A DNA stretch of 32,000 nucleotides from the NCBI RefSeq assembly GCF_001997385.1, contig NZ_CP019633.1, forward strand, positions 1,350,001 through 1,382,000, written 5' to 3'. This DNA comes from Sedimentisphaera cyanobacteriorum. GTDB lineage: Bacteria; Planctomycetota; Phycisphaerae; Sedimentisphaerales; Sedimentisphaeraceae. The notes beneath the pieces were generated by a model that was not told the origin of the DNA, did not search any database, and saw only the letters and a program-made list of their open reading frames with translations. Shown here in pieces: positions 23,854-32,000 of the stretch; the first letter of the stretch is position 1; every line of letters begins with the position of its first letter. The translations under genes and the position numbers were made by a program.

Positions 23854-23882
23854 TTGACATATTCATCATATAAGGTTAAGAT
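23854..23882 (+). promoter_or_regulatory. Sigma70-like promoter upstream of the DtxR/MntR-family gene
   Basis: TTGACA (23854-23859), a 17-nt spacer, then TAAGAT (23877-23882). A small hairpin AGCCTG-TTTT-CAGGCT (23922-23937) sits in the 5' leader. Confidence 0.35.
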
Positions 23883-23953
23883 TCATTTATCAAGCGTTAG
23901 GGGCAGTAAAAAAATACAAACAGCCTGTTTTCAGGCTTTATAAAAGGTGAATT

Positions 23954-24388
23954 ATGGAAAAAAAATTAACCTCTGGGCTTGAGGATTATTTGGAGGCCAT
24001 ATACTTAATTCAGGAAAAGGAAGGTTCTGCAAGGGTTAAGCAAATCGCAGGCAGAATGGGAGTTAGAGCGGCCTCGGTAACCGGTGCGCTTCAGTCCTTA
24101 TCAGCCAAGGGGCTGATACATTACACTCCGTACGAACATATCAGGCTCACTCAGAACGGTCGTAATGAGGCGGTTCGAGTAGAATCGAGACACAGACTTT
24201 TGAAGAGATTTTTCGAAGATGTGCTTTGCGTGGAAGAGCAGAAGGCAGAAGAAGCGGCCTGCAAATGCGAACACGAGCTGCATCAGGAGATCTACGACAA
24301 GTTCGCATCGCTTATGTATTTCCTTGAAAGCCCTGAAGGAACGAAGCTGGCTGATAAGCTTAAAAGCCGCCTCAACAGCGAAAAGTAA
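23954..24388 (+). CDS. mntR: DtxR/MntR-family metal-dependent transcriptional repressor (short, MntR-like)
   Basis: LEDYLEAIYLIQEKEGSARVKQIAGRMGVRAASVTGALQSLSAKGLI...LTQNGRNEAVRVESRHRLLKRFFEDVL. The 144-aa length matches MntR-type proteins that lack the SH3-like domain. Confidence 0.8.
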   Translation: MEKKLTSGLEDYLEAIYLIQEKEGSARVKQIAGRMGVRAASVTGALQSLSAKGLIHYTPYEHIRLTQNGRNEAVRVESRHRLLKRFFEDVLCVEEQKAEEAACKCEHELHQEIYDKFASLMYFLESPEGTKLADKLKSRLNSEK

Positions 24389-24456
24389 AAGAGACTGCTG
24401 AATAAAGAGGAGATGAGAACATAAAAACAAAAATTCGAAACAGCTTCAAAAAACCA

Positions 24457-25188
24457 GTGTGGTTTGATGAGCTTGATTCTACCAACACCTATCTTAAAGA
24501 AAAGATTTCCTCAGGCGCGCTCGCTGACCCTGCCGGCACAGCCGCAGCAGCAAAAAGGCAGCTCAAGGGCAGAGGAAGAAAAGCAAGGATATGGAACTCG
24601 GCGGAAGGCGAAAACCTTACCTTTTCTTTTGTATCAAAAATCAGAGAAGAGAGAAAAGATATATCAAGCATAACGCTAACCGCGGGAGTGGCTGTTTGCG
24701 AGGTGCTCAGGGAACTGGGAATCGAGCAGGCTGAGATAAAATGGCCGAACGATATCCTATGCGAGGGCAGAAAGATTTGCGGGATTCTCTGCGAAACTGC
24801 GGACTGCCAAGGCCAAACTATGGCCGTTTGCGGAATTGGTCTAAACATTAATATGACTCAGCAGCAGCTTGCAAAGATCGATCAGCCTGCCAGCTCAGTA
24901 TATCTTGAAACCGGCATCTGCTACAGACCGGAAGATTTGATTAACACAATACTCGAAAAAATGAGCTTTTGGTTTGAAATATGGCTTAATGAAGGCTTTG
25001 CAGCGGTTAAAAAACGCTGGGAAGAGCTGGCCTTCGGATTAGGCCTTAAGATCGATATTTCCGAAGACGGAGAGATTTTAAAAACGGGACTGTTCAGAGG
25101 CATAACCGACCATGGGGCGCTTGTGCTTGAAAGAAAAGATAACAGAATTGAACATATATACACAGGCGATGTAAACTGGAAATTATAG
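24457..25188 (+). CDS. birA: Biotin--[acetyl-CoA-carboxylase] ligase (class I BirA, no N-terminal HTH)
   Basis: FDELDSTNTYLKE, the GRGRKARIWNS motif (GRGRxxRxW), KWPNDI, KICGILCE and GIGLNIN. The GTG start at 24457 is uncertain because the frame is open further upstream. Confidence 0.85.
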   Translation: MWFDELDSTNTYLKEKISSGALADPAGTAAAAKRQLKGRGRKARIWNSAEGENLTFSFVSKIREERKDISSITLTAGVAVCEVLRELGIEQAEIKWPNDILCEGRKICGILCETADCQGQTMAVCGIGLNINMTQQQLAKIDQPASSVYLETGICYRPEDLINTILEKMSFWFEIWLNEGFAAVKKRWEELAFGLGLKIDISEDGEILKTGLFRGITDHGALVLERKDNRIEHIYTGDVNWKL

Positions 25189-25254
25189 TTTGTATTTTCA
25201 GTGCGCAATGTTATTATAGAAAAATTGCTTGTAAAAGATAACAGGAGATAACAA

Positions 25255-26922
25255 ATGAGAAGTGATACAGTAAAAAGCGGTATAGAAAGAGCCCCACACC
25301 GCGGCCTGCTCGGTGCATGCGGGATAAAAAGAGAAAATATGGGCAAGCCCTTTATCGCTGTAGCGAACAGCTTTTGCGAGGTTGTACCCGGGCACGTTCA
25401 TCTGAATCTCGTTGCGAAAATCGTAAAACAGGCGATACGTGATGCTGGCGGAGTTCCGTTCGAATTCAACACAATCGCGGTATGCGACGGAATCGCTATG
25501 GGACACAGCGGGATGAAATACTCGCTTGCCTCCAGAGAGATTATCGCTGATTCTGTGGAAACAATGTGCAACGCCCACTGCTTCGACGGGATGGTATGCA
25601 TACCAAACTGCGATAAGATAGTTCCCGGAATGCTTATGGGCTCGATGCGCGTAAACATTCCCACAATTTTCGTTTCCGGTGGCCCGATGAAGGCAGGCGT
25701 TGACAAAAACGGGAACGTGGTTGACCTAATCAGCATATTTGAAGGCGTTGCAAAGAGAAACAAAGACCTGATCACAGATGAAGACCTTGCAGACCTCGAG
25801 GCAAACGGGTGTCCGGGCGAGGGGAGCTGTTCAGGTATGTTCACAGCGAACAGTATGAACTGCCTCTGCGAGGCGATAGGCATGGCGCTGCCTGGCAACG
25901 GAACTGTTCTTGCGACGGACCCGGAAAGGGAAAAGCTCTATAAACAGGCCGGCAGCCAAATACTCAAACTCCTCAAGAAAGGCCTCAAGCCTCTTGATAT
26001 CATCAACGAGAAATCTGTCGATAATGCGTTCACTGTAGATATGGCTATGGGCGGTTCTACAAACACTATTCTGCACACCCTCGCTGTTGCCAAAGAGGCA
26101 GGAGTTGACTACGACCTTGAAAGAATAAACAGCATAAGCAGAAAATGCCCGAATATCTGCAAGGTTTCCCCTTCCAGCGACTGGCACATACAGGACGTAA
26201 ACGAGGCAGGCGGAATCAGCGCGATTATGAAGGAAATATCCAAAACAGAAGGCCTGATACACGAAGACTGCCTCAGCGTTACAGGCAAGACAATCGGGGA
26301 AAATATTGCCGGAGCCGATATCAAAAATCAAGAATGCATTCATCCGCTCGAAAAGGCCTACAGCAAAACCGGCGGGCTCTCAATCCTCACCGGCAACCTC
26401 GCTCCAAACGGGTGCGTGGTTAAAACTGCAGGCGTTGATAAATCAATGATGAAACACAGAGGCCCTGCTGTTATATTCGAGAGCCAGGAAGAGGCCTGCG
26501 AGGGCATACTCGGAGGAAAGGTTAAAGAAGGCGATGTTGTGATAATCCGCTATGAAGGCCCAAAAGGCGGGCCTGGCATGCAGGAGATGCTCAGCCCCAC
26601 AAGCTACATCATGGGTGCCGGGCTCGGCGAGAGCGTTGCCCTGATAACAGACGGACGCTTCAGCGGGGGAACAAGAGGCGCCTGCATCGGTCACGTTAGC
26701 CCCGAAGCGGCTTCTGGAGGCCCTATAGGACTTGTGGAGCCCGGAGATATAATCGACATCGACATCCCTGAGAATTCAATCAAAATTGATATCTCCGAAG
26801 AGCAGATGAAAGAAAGACGCAGCAGATGGAAGCCGCGTGAGGCGAAGATCAAAACGGGCTATCTGGCAAAATATGCAAAGATGGCTCAAAGCGCTGATAA
26901 AGGCGCAGTGCTTGAATGGTGA
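25255..26922 (+). CDS. ilvD: Dihydroxy-acid dehydratase
   Basis: MRSD...[19 protein letters not shown], the CDGIAMGH motif, [47 protein letters not shown] and [14 protein letters not shown]. Confidence 0.95.
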   Translation: MRSDTVKSGIERAPHRGLLGACGIKRENMGKPFIAVANSFCEVVPGHVHLNLVAKIVKQAIRDAGGVPFEFNTIAVCDGIAMGHSGMKYSLASREIIADSVETMCNAHCFDGMVCIPNCDKIVPGMLMGSMRVNIPTIFVSGGPMKAGVDKNGNVVDLISIFEGVAKRNKDLITDEDLADLEANGCPGEGSCSGMFTANSMNCLCEAIGMALPGNGTVLATDPEREKLYKQAGSQILKLLKKGLKPLDIINEKSVDNAFTVDMAMGGSTNTILHTLAVAKEAGVDYDLERINSISRKCPNICKVSPSSDWHIQDVNEAGGISAIMKEISKTEGLIHEDCLSVTGKTIGENIAGADIKNQECIHPLEKAYSKTGGLSILTGNLAPNGCVVKTAGVDKSMMKHRGPAVIFESQEEACEGILGGKVKEGDVVIIRYEGPKGGPGMQEMLSPTSYIMGAGLGESVALITDGRFSGGTRGACIGHVSPEAASGGPIGLVEPGDIIDIDIPENSIKIDISEEQMKERRSRWKPREAKIKTGYLAKYAKMAQSADKGAVLEW

Positions 26923-26950
26923 TGAAGACGTTAGTGATTTGAACTAAGAG

Positions 26951-26994
26951 ACAGGGCGGTTTTCATTGCAGGGCTTTGAAGCCGCCTGTTTTTG
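26951..26994 (+). terminator. Probable terminator after ilvD
   Basis: ACAGGGCGG (26951-26959) / CCGCCTGT (26982-26989) forms a stem with one bulge, followed by TTTTT. The loop is rather long (about 22 nt). Confidence 0.4.
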
Positions 26995-27021
26995 ATAATT
27001 TCAGTTTTTAGTTTTTATAAA

Positions 27022-28140
27022 ATGGCCGTAAACGCAAAACAGTTTCTAAGATTGATAAATGAAATCTACCCGCTTCAGCTCGCACAGAGCTGGGATAATG
27101 TGGGGCATTTGATAGGCGATAATGATGCCCGGCTTGGCAGGGTTCTTCTCTGCATAGACCTGACAGAGGCCGTTTACAGCGAAGCGGAAAAAGGCGGCTT
27201 CGACACCATCCTCTGCTATCACCCAGTGATATGGGAGGGACTGAAAAAAATTACGATGCAGTCCGAGAAGCCCGTTATTTACAAGCTCATCAGAAACGGG
27301 TTCAATGTTTTCAGCATACACACCGCATGCGATGCCGCTCACGGAGGAGTGAACGACAAGCTTGCAGAGGCAGCGGGAATAGAAAAGCCGGAAATCCTGA
27401 GCGACCCGGCAGAGCTGGATTCGGACAAACTCTGGAAGTTTACGGTTTTCGTGCCGAAGGATTATGCAGGCAGCGTTGCAGAGGCAGCATTCCAAGCGGG
27501 CGCAGGGAAAATCGGCAATTACGACTGCTGCAGCTTCAGCGCGGAAGGTAGAGGCACTTTCCGCCCCCTATCAGGCGCAAACCCTGCAATTGGTAGCGTA
27601 GATTCGTTTGAACAGGTATTTGAGATTCGGCTTGAAGCGGCAGTGCCCGAAAATAAAAGAGGCGATGTACTTGAAGCAGTACTCAAAGCCCACCCTTACG
27701 AAATGCCCGCTTATGATTTCGTGTCGATGGAAACACTCCAGACAAAATACGGTCTCGGCAGATACGGAACTCTCACAGAACCGGCCACGGTGGAGCAGGT
27801 GGCAAAAAGGATTAAACATATTACCGGAGCTGAGGTGTTCGGCCTTATAGGCGAAAAGAAGAGAAAAGTTGAAAAGGCGGCTGTATGCGCAGGTTCCTGC
27901 GGGAACATATTTTCCTCTGCTGTCAGGACAGGCTGCCAGCTTTACATCACCGGCGAGATGAAACATCACGAAGCCCTCAAGGCGCAGGAAGCAGGCCTTA
28001 GCTGTATATGCCTGAGCCACAGCGTATCAGAAAGATTTATACTCACCAGCCTTGCTGAAAAATTGACTGAGCTGAACAAAGACATCATAGCTGAAGTATC
28101 CAAAGAAGATAAAGACCCGTTCAGTTGGACTATGTTATAG
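27022..28140 (+). CDS. Nif3-family dinuclear-metal-centre protein (YbgI/YqfO type, with an inserted PII-like domain)
   Basis: ...AQSWDNVGHLIGD...ILCYHPVIWEGLKKI...NVFSIHTACDAA.GGVND at the N-terminus and ...ITGEMKHHEAL...CLSHSVSE at the C-terminus. The middle insert (KFTVFVPKDYAGSVAEAAFQAGAGKIGNYDCCSF) is typical of the roughly 370-aa YqfO subtype. ATG 27022 is preferred. Confidence 0.8.
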   Translation: MAVNAKQFLRLINEIYPLQLAQSWDNVGHLIGDNDARLGRVLLCIDLTEAVYSEAEKGGFDTILCYHPVIWEGLKKITMQSEKPVIYKLIRNGFNVFSIHTACDAAHGGVNDKLAEAAGIEKPEILSDPAELDSDKLWKFTVFVPKDYAGSVAEAAFQAGAGKIGNYDCCSFSAEGRGTFRPLSGANPAIGSVDSFEQVFEIRLEAAVPENKRGDVLEAVLKAHPYEMPAYDFVSMETLQTKYGLGRYGTLTEPATVEQVAKRIKHITGAEVFGLIGEKKRKVEKAAVCAGSCGNIFSSAVRTGCQLYITGEMKHHEALKAQEAGLSCICLSHSVSERFILTSLAEKLTELNKDIIAEVSKEDKDPFSWTML

Positions 28141-28183
28141 GATTAAACAGCTGGTTTAACAGCTTATAGAAGCAGGATAATAA

Positions 28184-30733
28184 ATGAAATTTAAAACAGC
28201 ATTAAAGAGTTATGCATCAGTGACGAAAGCAGCTGCCTTTGCTTTTTTGTTCATTCCAGCGTTTAGTTTTGCCTTTATACCTCCGATAGACAAATCCCTC
28301 GGGGATGCAAGGATTTACAGCGACGGCGAGCGTCTGACCGCAACCACAGGCAAGGTGCAGCGAGTATGGCAATGGACAGATTACGGCTTGGGTACAGTAA
28401 GCCTGAAAAATCTCAGCACAGGCAAAGAATGGATCGAAAAACCCCAAACAAAATGCGACTGGGCATACTTCGCAGTAACTGAAGATAAAAAGGGGGTTAT
28501 CAGAAAATTAGATGCCGAAGTTCAACAAGCCTCCCCGTTTACCAAAAAGCACCTGAGGCTCAAGGCAGTAATTTACTACCCTTCAGAGAAGACTTCAGTT
28601 TTGTATGAGGCATATGTGTATCCCGGGGCAGAAGGCATAAAAACACAGCTCGGGATAAAAAGACCTCCGCAAAGCATAGCCCCGATAAAAACCGAAAAAG
28701 ACAAGGTTATTATCAAAGCAGAAAACGGCTCCACGCATTTTCCTGATGATTTCAGAGACCAGACAGACCCCGCTTTCGCTACAGTGCTTTCTAGCAGCTC
28801 TCAGATAAGATTTCAAATTAAAAACATAAGCTACAACAGGGATTATATTCTCGGCCTTAGCTGGTGGGACTGGAGCGGTACCGGAAGAAGGCAGAGAGTT
28901 GTGGCGAAAATTGGAGGCGACCGCTCTGAGGCAATTTTAATACCCACCACAACACTCCCAGACTACAAAAACAAGCAGGAAAAACCGGATGAATTCTCCA
29001 TTGCTATCCCCGGTGATATGCTTTTGGAGGAAGAATTTTTCATCGAAATCCAGAAGCGTCAAGGTCCTGATGCTGTAATAAGTGAGATATGGATGTATGA
29101 GGAGAACTGCAGAAAACCAATGCACCGCTCCGAACTGCCTGTGAATCGTGCTGATGTTATACTCGGGAAGGCTCCTGAAGGCTTCGGCCTTGCGGCCTAT
29201 ATGGACTGCGGCGAGCGAAGCCTGCAACGCAGAAGCTACAATCATAGCCGAGGCATAACAGAGAACCTGAATATCAATTTCACCGGGGGCAGGATAAACT
29301 TTGCAGGCTACAACTGCATAAATGAAGATTTCCTAAAAAAAGCGCCTCAGCCTTCGCTTCTCAAGGAAGAGACTCTCAACGTAAAATCCGACACATCCCG
29401 CCAGTTTGACTGGGCAAACCTGATGACCTTCCAGAGCGGAGAGAACGGGATTGCCGTGGTGAAAGAGTCTAATCAGTGCTGCAATCTGGACAGCTTTGAT
29501 ACCGGCTGGTTCTCGCTTACCCCCTCAGGGCTCAGAGTAACAGGCTGGGGAATCAGGCAGTTTGAAATGAAGGCAGACAGATTCCGCAAGGGCTGGCCTA
29601 CTTGGACAGTGTTATCGAAGGGCGATAAAGACCAGCTCCTGCTTTCCCTGAAAAAATTCGACCGGAAGATTTTCCCCCAAGATTCGCTGGGCAGATTTAC
29701 CTATTACCGAACCGGAAGCAGGTACAATACCAGCCTTGAGCAGAATCCGGTTAACAGCAAAACTGCTGCTGAAAAGATGGCTCTGGCAGGCAAGGCCGGT
29801 TTCGGGATAGTGAATATAGATTCCGGCTGGGAACTGCAAAAGGATAAGAGATTGATCGGCAGGGATATGTGGCGTCCGGACAGCGAATTCTTCCCAAACG
29901 GCTGGGAGGATGTTTTCAAAGCGATGCTTGAGAACAACCTCAGAACCGGCCTTTCAGCGGCTAACAGCATAGAAACGCAAGACCTGCTATGGAATTATGA
30001 AAGGCTTAAAAATTCCTTCTGGACGCTGAACAACTCCAAAATCAGGGATTACAATGAGCTGGAGAGCTTCCGTCAGAGGAGCGAGAGATACCTCCGTGAA
30101 ACTGAAGGATATTCCTGTTTCTCCATGGAAACTGGAAAAGAATACCCCAGCGCAGGTTACTACTGCCTAAGGGAATACGGAAAGATGCGCCTCTACCCTT
30201 ACAACAGCGAGCATACACGAAGCGGCAGCCAAATACTGAAAGACTGCTGGGAGCTTGCAAAATACAACAACCCGAGCAAGTGGCTGATACTTCTTCAGGA
30301 CTTTGGCGAATACAGCCCTGAGTTTGCAGCTGCGGCCTCCTGCTCAGGACTGCCCGGGATGAAAGCCCAGTTTTTCGAAAAAATCGAGGACAAGCAGGCA
30401 GTTTCTGAAGTTTTTGAGGTTTATGCGGAAAACTCAGAACAGCTCTGCAATCTTTTCACCTTCCCGATAGGAGAAAGCCCCAGCGGCGAGTCTTGGGCAG
30501 GGTTTCAGTTTTGCAGCCGGGAAGCAAAAGAGGGCTTTATCCTGATTTTCCGTGAGAAAGAAAACACGTACAAAAACAACACTGTAAAATTGCTGTTTTT
30601 AGGGTCAGGAAAACTAAAAATTACTAATCTTCTTGAAAAGACAGAAAAAATAACGGATTGCGATGATGGTTTTGTAGGTTTGAGGATGGATAAACCAGGC
30701 GATTTTCTTTTTCTCAAATACGAAAAACTATAA
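28184..30733 (+). CDS. Large secreted hypothetical protein with a weak clan GH-D (GH27/GH36)-like TIM-barrel signature
   Basis: The signal-like N-terminus is MKFKTALKSYASVTKAAAFAFLFIPAFSFA. The central ...AEKMALAGKAGFGIVNIDSGWE...WRPDSEFFPNGWEDVFKAMLENNLRTGLS resembles the GxxxxxIDDGW...FPxG...GLW layout of alpha-galactosidase-like enzymes. I could not see the expected catalytic KxD/D motifs. Confidence 0.35.
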   Translation: MKFKTALKSYASVTKAAAFAFLFIPAFSFAFIPPIDKSLGDARIYSDGERLTATTGKVQRVWQWTDYGLGTVSLKNLSTGKEWIEKPQTKCDWAYFAVTEDKKGVIRKLDAEVQQASPFTKKHLRLKAVIYYPSEKTSVLYEAYVYPGAEGIKTQLGIKRPPQSIAPIKTEKDKVIIKAENGSTHFPDDFRDQTDPAFATVLSSSSQIRFQIKNISYNRDYILGLSWWDWSGTGRRQRVVAKIGGDRSEAILIPTTTLPDYKNKQEKPDEFSIAIPGDMLLEEEFFIEIQKRQGPDAVISEIWMYEENCRKPMHRSELPVNRADVILGKAPEGFGLAAYMDCGERSLQRRSYNHSRGITENLNINFTGGRINFAGYNCINEDFLKKAPQPSLLKEETLNVKSDTSRQFDWANLMTFQSGENGIAVVKESNQCCNLDSFDTGWFSLTPSGLRVTGWGIRQFEMKADRFRKGWPTWTVLSKGDKDQLLLSLKKFDRKIFPQDSLGRFTYYRTGSRYNTSLEQNPVNSKTAAEKMALAGKAGFGIVNIDSGWELQKDKRLIGRDMWRPDSEFFPNGWEDVFKAMLENNLRTGLSAANSIETQDLLWNYERLKNSFWTLNNSKIRDYNELESFRQRSERYLRETEGYSCFSMETGKEYPSAGYYCLREYGKMRLYPYNSEHTRSGSQILKDCWELAKYNNPSKWLILLQDFGEYSPEFAAAASCSGLPGMKAQFFEKIEDKQAVSEVFEVYAENSEQLCNLFTFPIGESPSGESWAGFQFCSREAKEGFILIFREKENTYKNNTVKLLFLGSGKLKITNLLEKTEKITDCDDGFVGLRMDKPGDFLFLKYEKL

Positions 30734-30847
30734 TTTTTTTGAATTATCACGTAATTATTCTGTAACTAATGTAAATAGTTGTTAGAATATTCGGAGGCGG
30801 CAAATTTAAAGAGTATTAAGGGTAACAGTTTAACGGATTATAGAGTC

Positions 30848-32000
30848 TTGAGATTATCAAAAATAAACTTAAAGACTAAAAGCCTTCGCAAGACACACAT
30901 AATATACCTGGCAGGTATGTTTTTGTTGTTTATAACTCCGCTTTTCTGTCAGCAGTACTCACTTCGCCTTTCGAAGAAAATCGAGCAGCAGGCGGAAAGG
31001 GAGGAAGCTCTGCTTTCTTTAGCCTATCAGATGCAGCTTAAGATGCGCATTGCCTCTCAGTATTTCGAGACCTACTGCATTTCCGGCGAGGAGAGCTATG
31101 CAGTAGAGTTCGCCAAGATAGTAAACCAGATGGGGGGCACAAAAGCAATGCCCTTCCAGGAAGGCTTCGATGAAAACAGACGTCTTTATTCTAATGTTTC
31201 TCCGCAGCGTTTCGGGCTCAACAGCTCTCAGGGATCCAGCCTCAACAGCATCATAGACCAGATCAACAATCTTGTAGATTTTGAAATAGAATTCAGCAAG
31301 AAGATTCGAGAGAAATACACAGGACGCGATCCTAACGAAGTAGATCCCAAACTGGCAAGCAGATACTCGATCCTCTCAGGCAGAGACGATGTTATGGCCC
31401 CGGATGTTTACGAAAATTACTTCCAGAAAAGGCTTCGCATCAGGGATAATTTAGACGGCGTGATCTCTGAGTTGGGGGATTCATCGAGCAAACTCCGGGA
31501 GAAAAACATTGAACATCTTTCGGTGATGTCGGTTGTCAGTCAGGCGGCGACAGGCCTTTCTATAATCGGTCTTATCGGGCTCTCATTTTTTATGAACAAG
31601 AAGATAATAAGAAGAATCCTGAAAGGCTCTGAATCGCTTGAGAAGAACATCCGCGAGAACAATCTCTCTGCAAGGCTTAACTTCGGCGAGAGCGAAGATG
31701 AGATCGGCAGGCTCTCAAAATCTTTCAACACCTTAACGGCAAGGCTTTCTAATAATTATGAATTTCTAAGGACGATACTGAGCTCTGTTAATGAGGCTAT
31801 TATCGTCTGTTCTCCGGATAAAGAGATTCTCAGAATGAATGAGTCTGCTGTTCGTATGACGGGCATAAGCGAGCAGCCGGAAGGAAGCAAGGCTGATAAT
31901 ATTGTCAAGCTCACTCATAACGGGCAGAAAGTTAGTCTGGAAGAGATTATAGACAGCGTAATCGCCCGGGCGGAAACCCGAAGCCTCAAAAAAGATCTCA
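30848..32000 (+). CDS. Membrane sensor protein, 3'-open at the window edge (TM, periplasmic domain, TM, HAMP, PAS...)
   Basis: Frame open from 30827 to the window end, with a TTG 30848 or ATG 30917 start. TM1 is IIYLAGMFLLFITPLF. A periplasmic segment of about 190 aa is followed by TM2, VMSVVSQAATGLSIIGLIGLSFFM. The HAMP-like part is ...ARLNFGESEDEIGRLSKSFNTLTARL. The PAS start is EFLRTILSSVNEAIIVCSPDKEILRMNESAVRMTG. Confidence 0.7.
   Translation, partial: MRLSKINLKTKSLRKTHIIYLAGMFLLFITPLFCQQYSLRLSKKIEQQAEREEALLSLAYQMQLKMRIASQYFETYCISGEESYAVEFAKIVNQMGGTKAMPFQEGFDENRRLYSNVSPQRFGLNSSQGSSLNSIIDQINNLVDFEIEFSKKIREKYTGRDPNEVDPKLASRYSILSGRDDVMAPDVYENYFQKRLRIRDNLDGVISELGDSSSKLREKNIEHLSVMSVVSQAATGLSIIGLIGLSFFMNKKIIRRILKGSESLEKNIRENNLSARLNFGESEDEIGRLSKSFNTLTARLSNNYEFLRTILSSVNEAIIVCSPDKEILRMNESAVRMTGISEQPEGSKADNIVKLTHNGQKVSLEEIIDSVIARAETRSLKKDL

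Noticed and set aside
28141-28183. TTAAAC-AGCTG-GTTTAA hairpin after the Nif3-family gene as a terminator
   Set aside because: The 6-bp stem is AT-rich and has no following T-run, so it is too weak to call.
1-32000. tRNA, rRNA, tmRNA or riboswitch candidates in the longer intergenic regions (4241-4502, 4707-5043, 15677-16114, 23693-23953, 30734-30847)
   Set aside because: I saw no cloverleaf-compatible stems, conserved T-loop/GTTC motifs or recognisable riboswitch cores by eye. This is a weak negative that tRNAscan/Infernal should confirm.

Overview
32-kb bacterial window in two parts. Non-ORF coordinates were derived by hand and may be off by 1-2 nt.

(A) 1 to ~5600 is visibly AT-richer and full of IS elements. 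A PLD-nuclease/helicase/DUF3427-type gene, of a kind often seen in defence or restriction contexts, survives only as two same-strand fragments: a PLD tail at 2-265 and a DUF3427 C-terminus at ~4978-5592. Its helicase core is absent. Between the fragments lie:
- a complete IS4-family element (266-1777, 15-bp perfect terminal inverted repeats);
- two low-GC cargo ORFs, one of them a 339-aa TPR-like tail-anchored protein;
- a complete IS3-family element (3083-4308, TGAACA inverted repeats, A7 frameshift site);
- a 58-aa helix-hairpin-helix ORF that is not in the ORF track;
- an excisionase-type HTH gene;
- a divergent promoter pair feeding a leader with mutually exclusive G-run/C-run hairpins.

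(B) ~5600-32000 is GC-richer chromosomal backbone. It carries mrp/apbC, phoH, DUF547, a YkgJ-type Cys-cluster protein, rarA, a DtxR/MntR-family regulator, birA, ilvD, a Nif3-family protein and a 3'-open HAMP-PAS sensor. Three loci are more interesting:
- a self-contained operon of two translationally coupled, paralogous secretin-like lipoproteins with long coiled-coil, Lys/Gln-rich tails and no secretion or pilus partner genes nearby. This is the best candidate for an undescribed system;
- a sugar/compatible-solute locus: fused OtsA-OtsB, a GH15 enzyme, and a convergent coupled GT4 plus a 762-aa (alpha/alpha)6-type glycosidase-like protein;
- an 849-aa secreted protein with only a degenerate clan GH-D-like motif.

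I saw no rRNA, tRNA or CRISPR array. All family calls come from motif recognition by eye; no searches were run.
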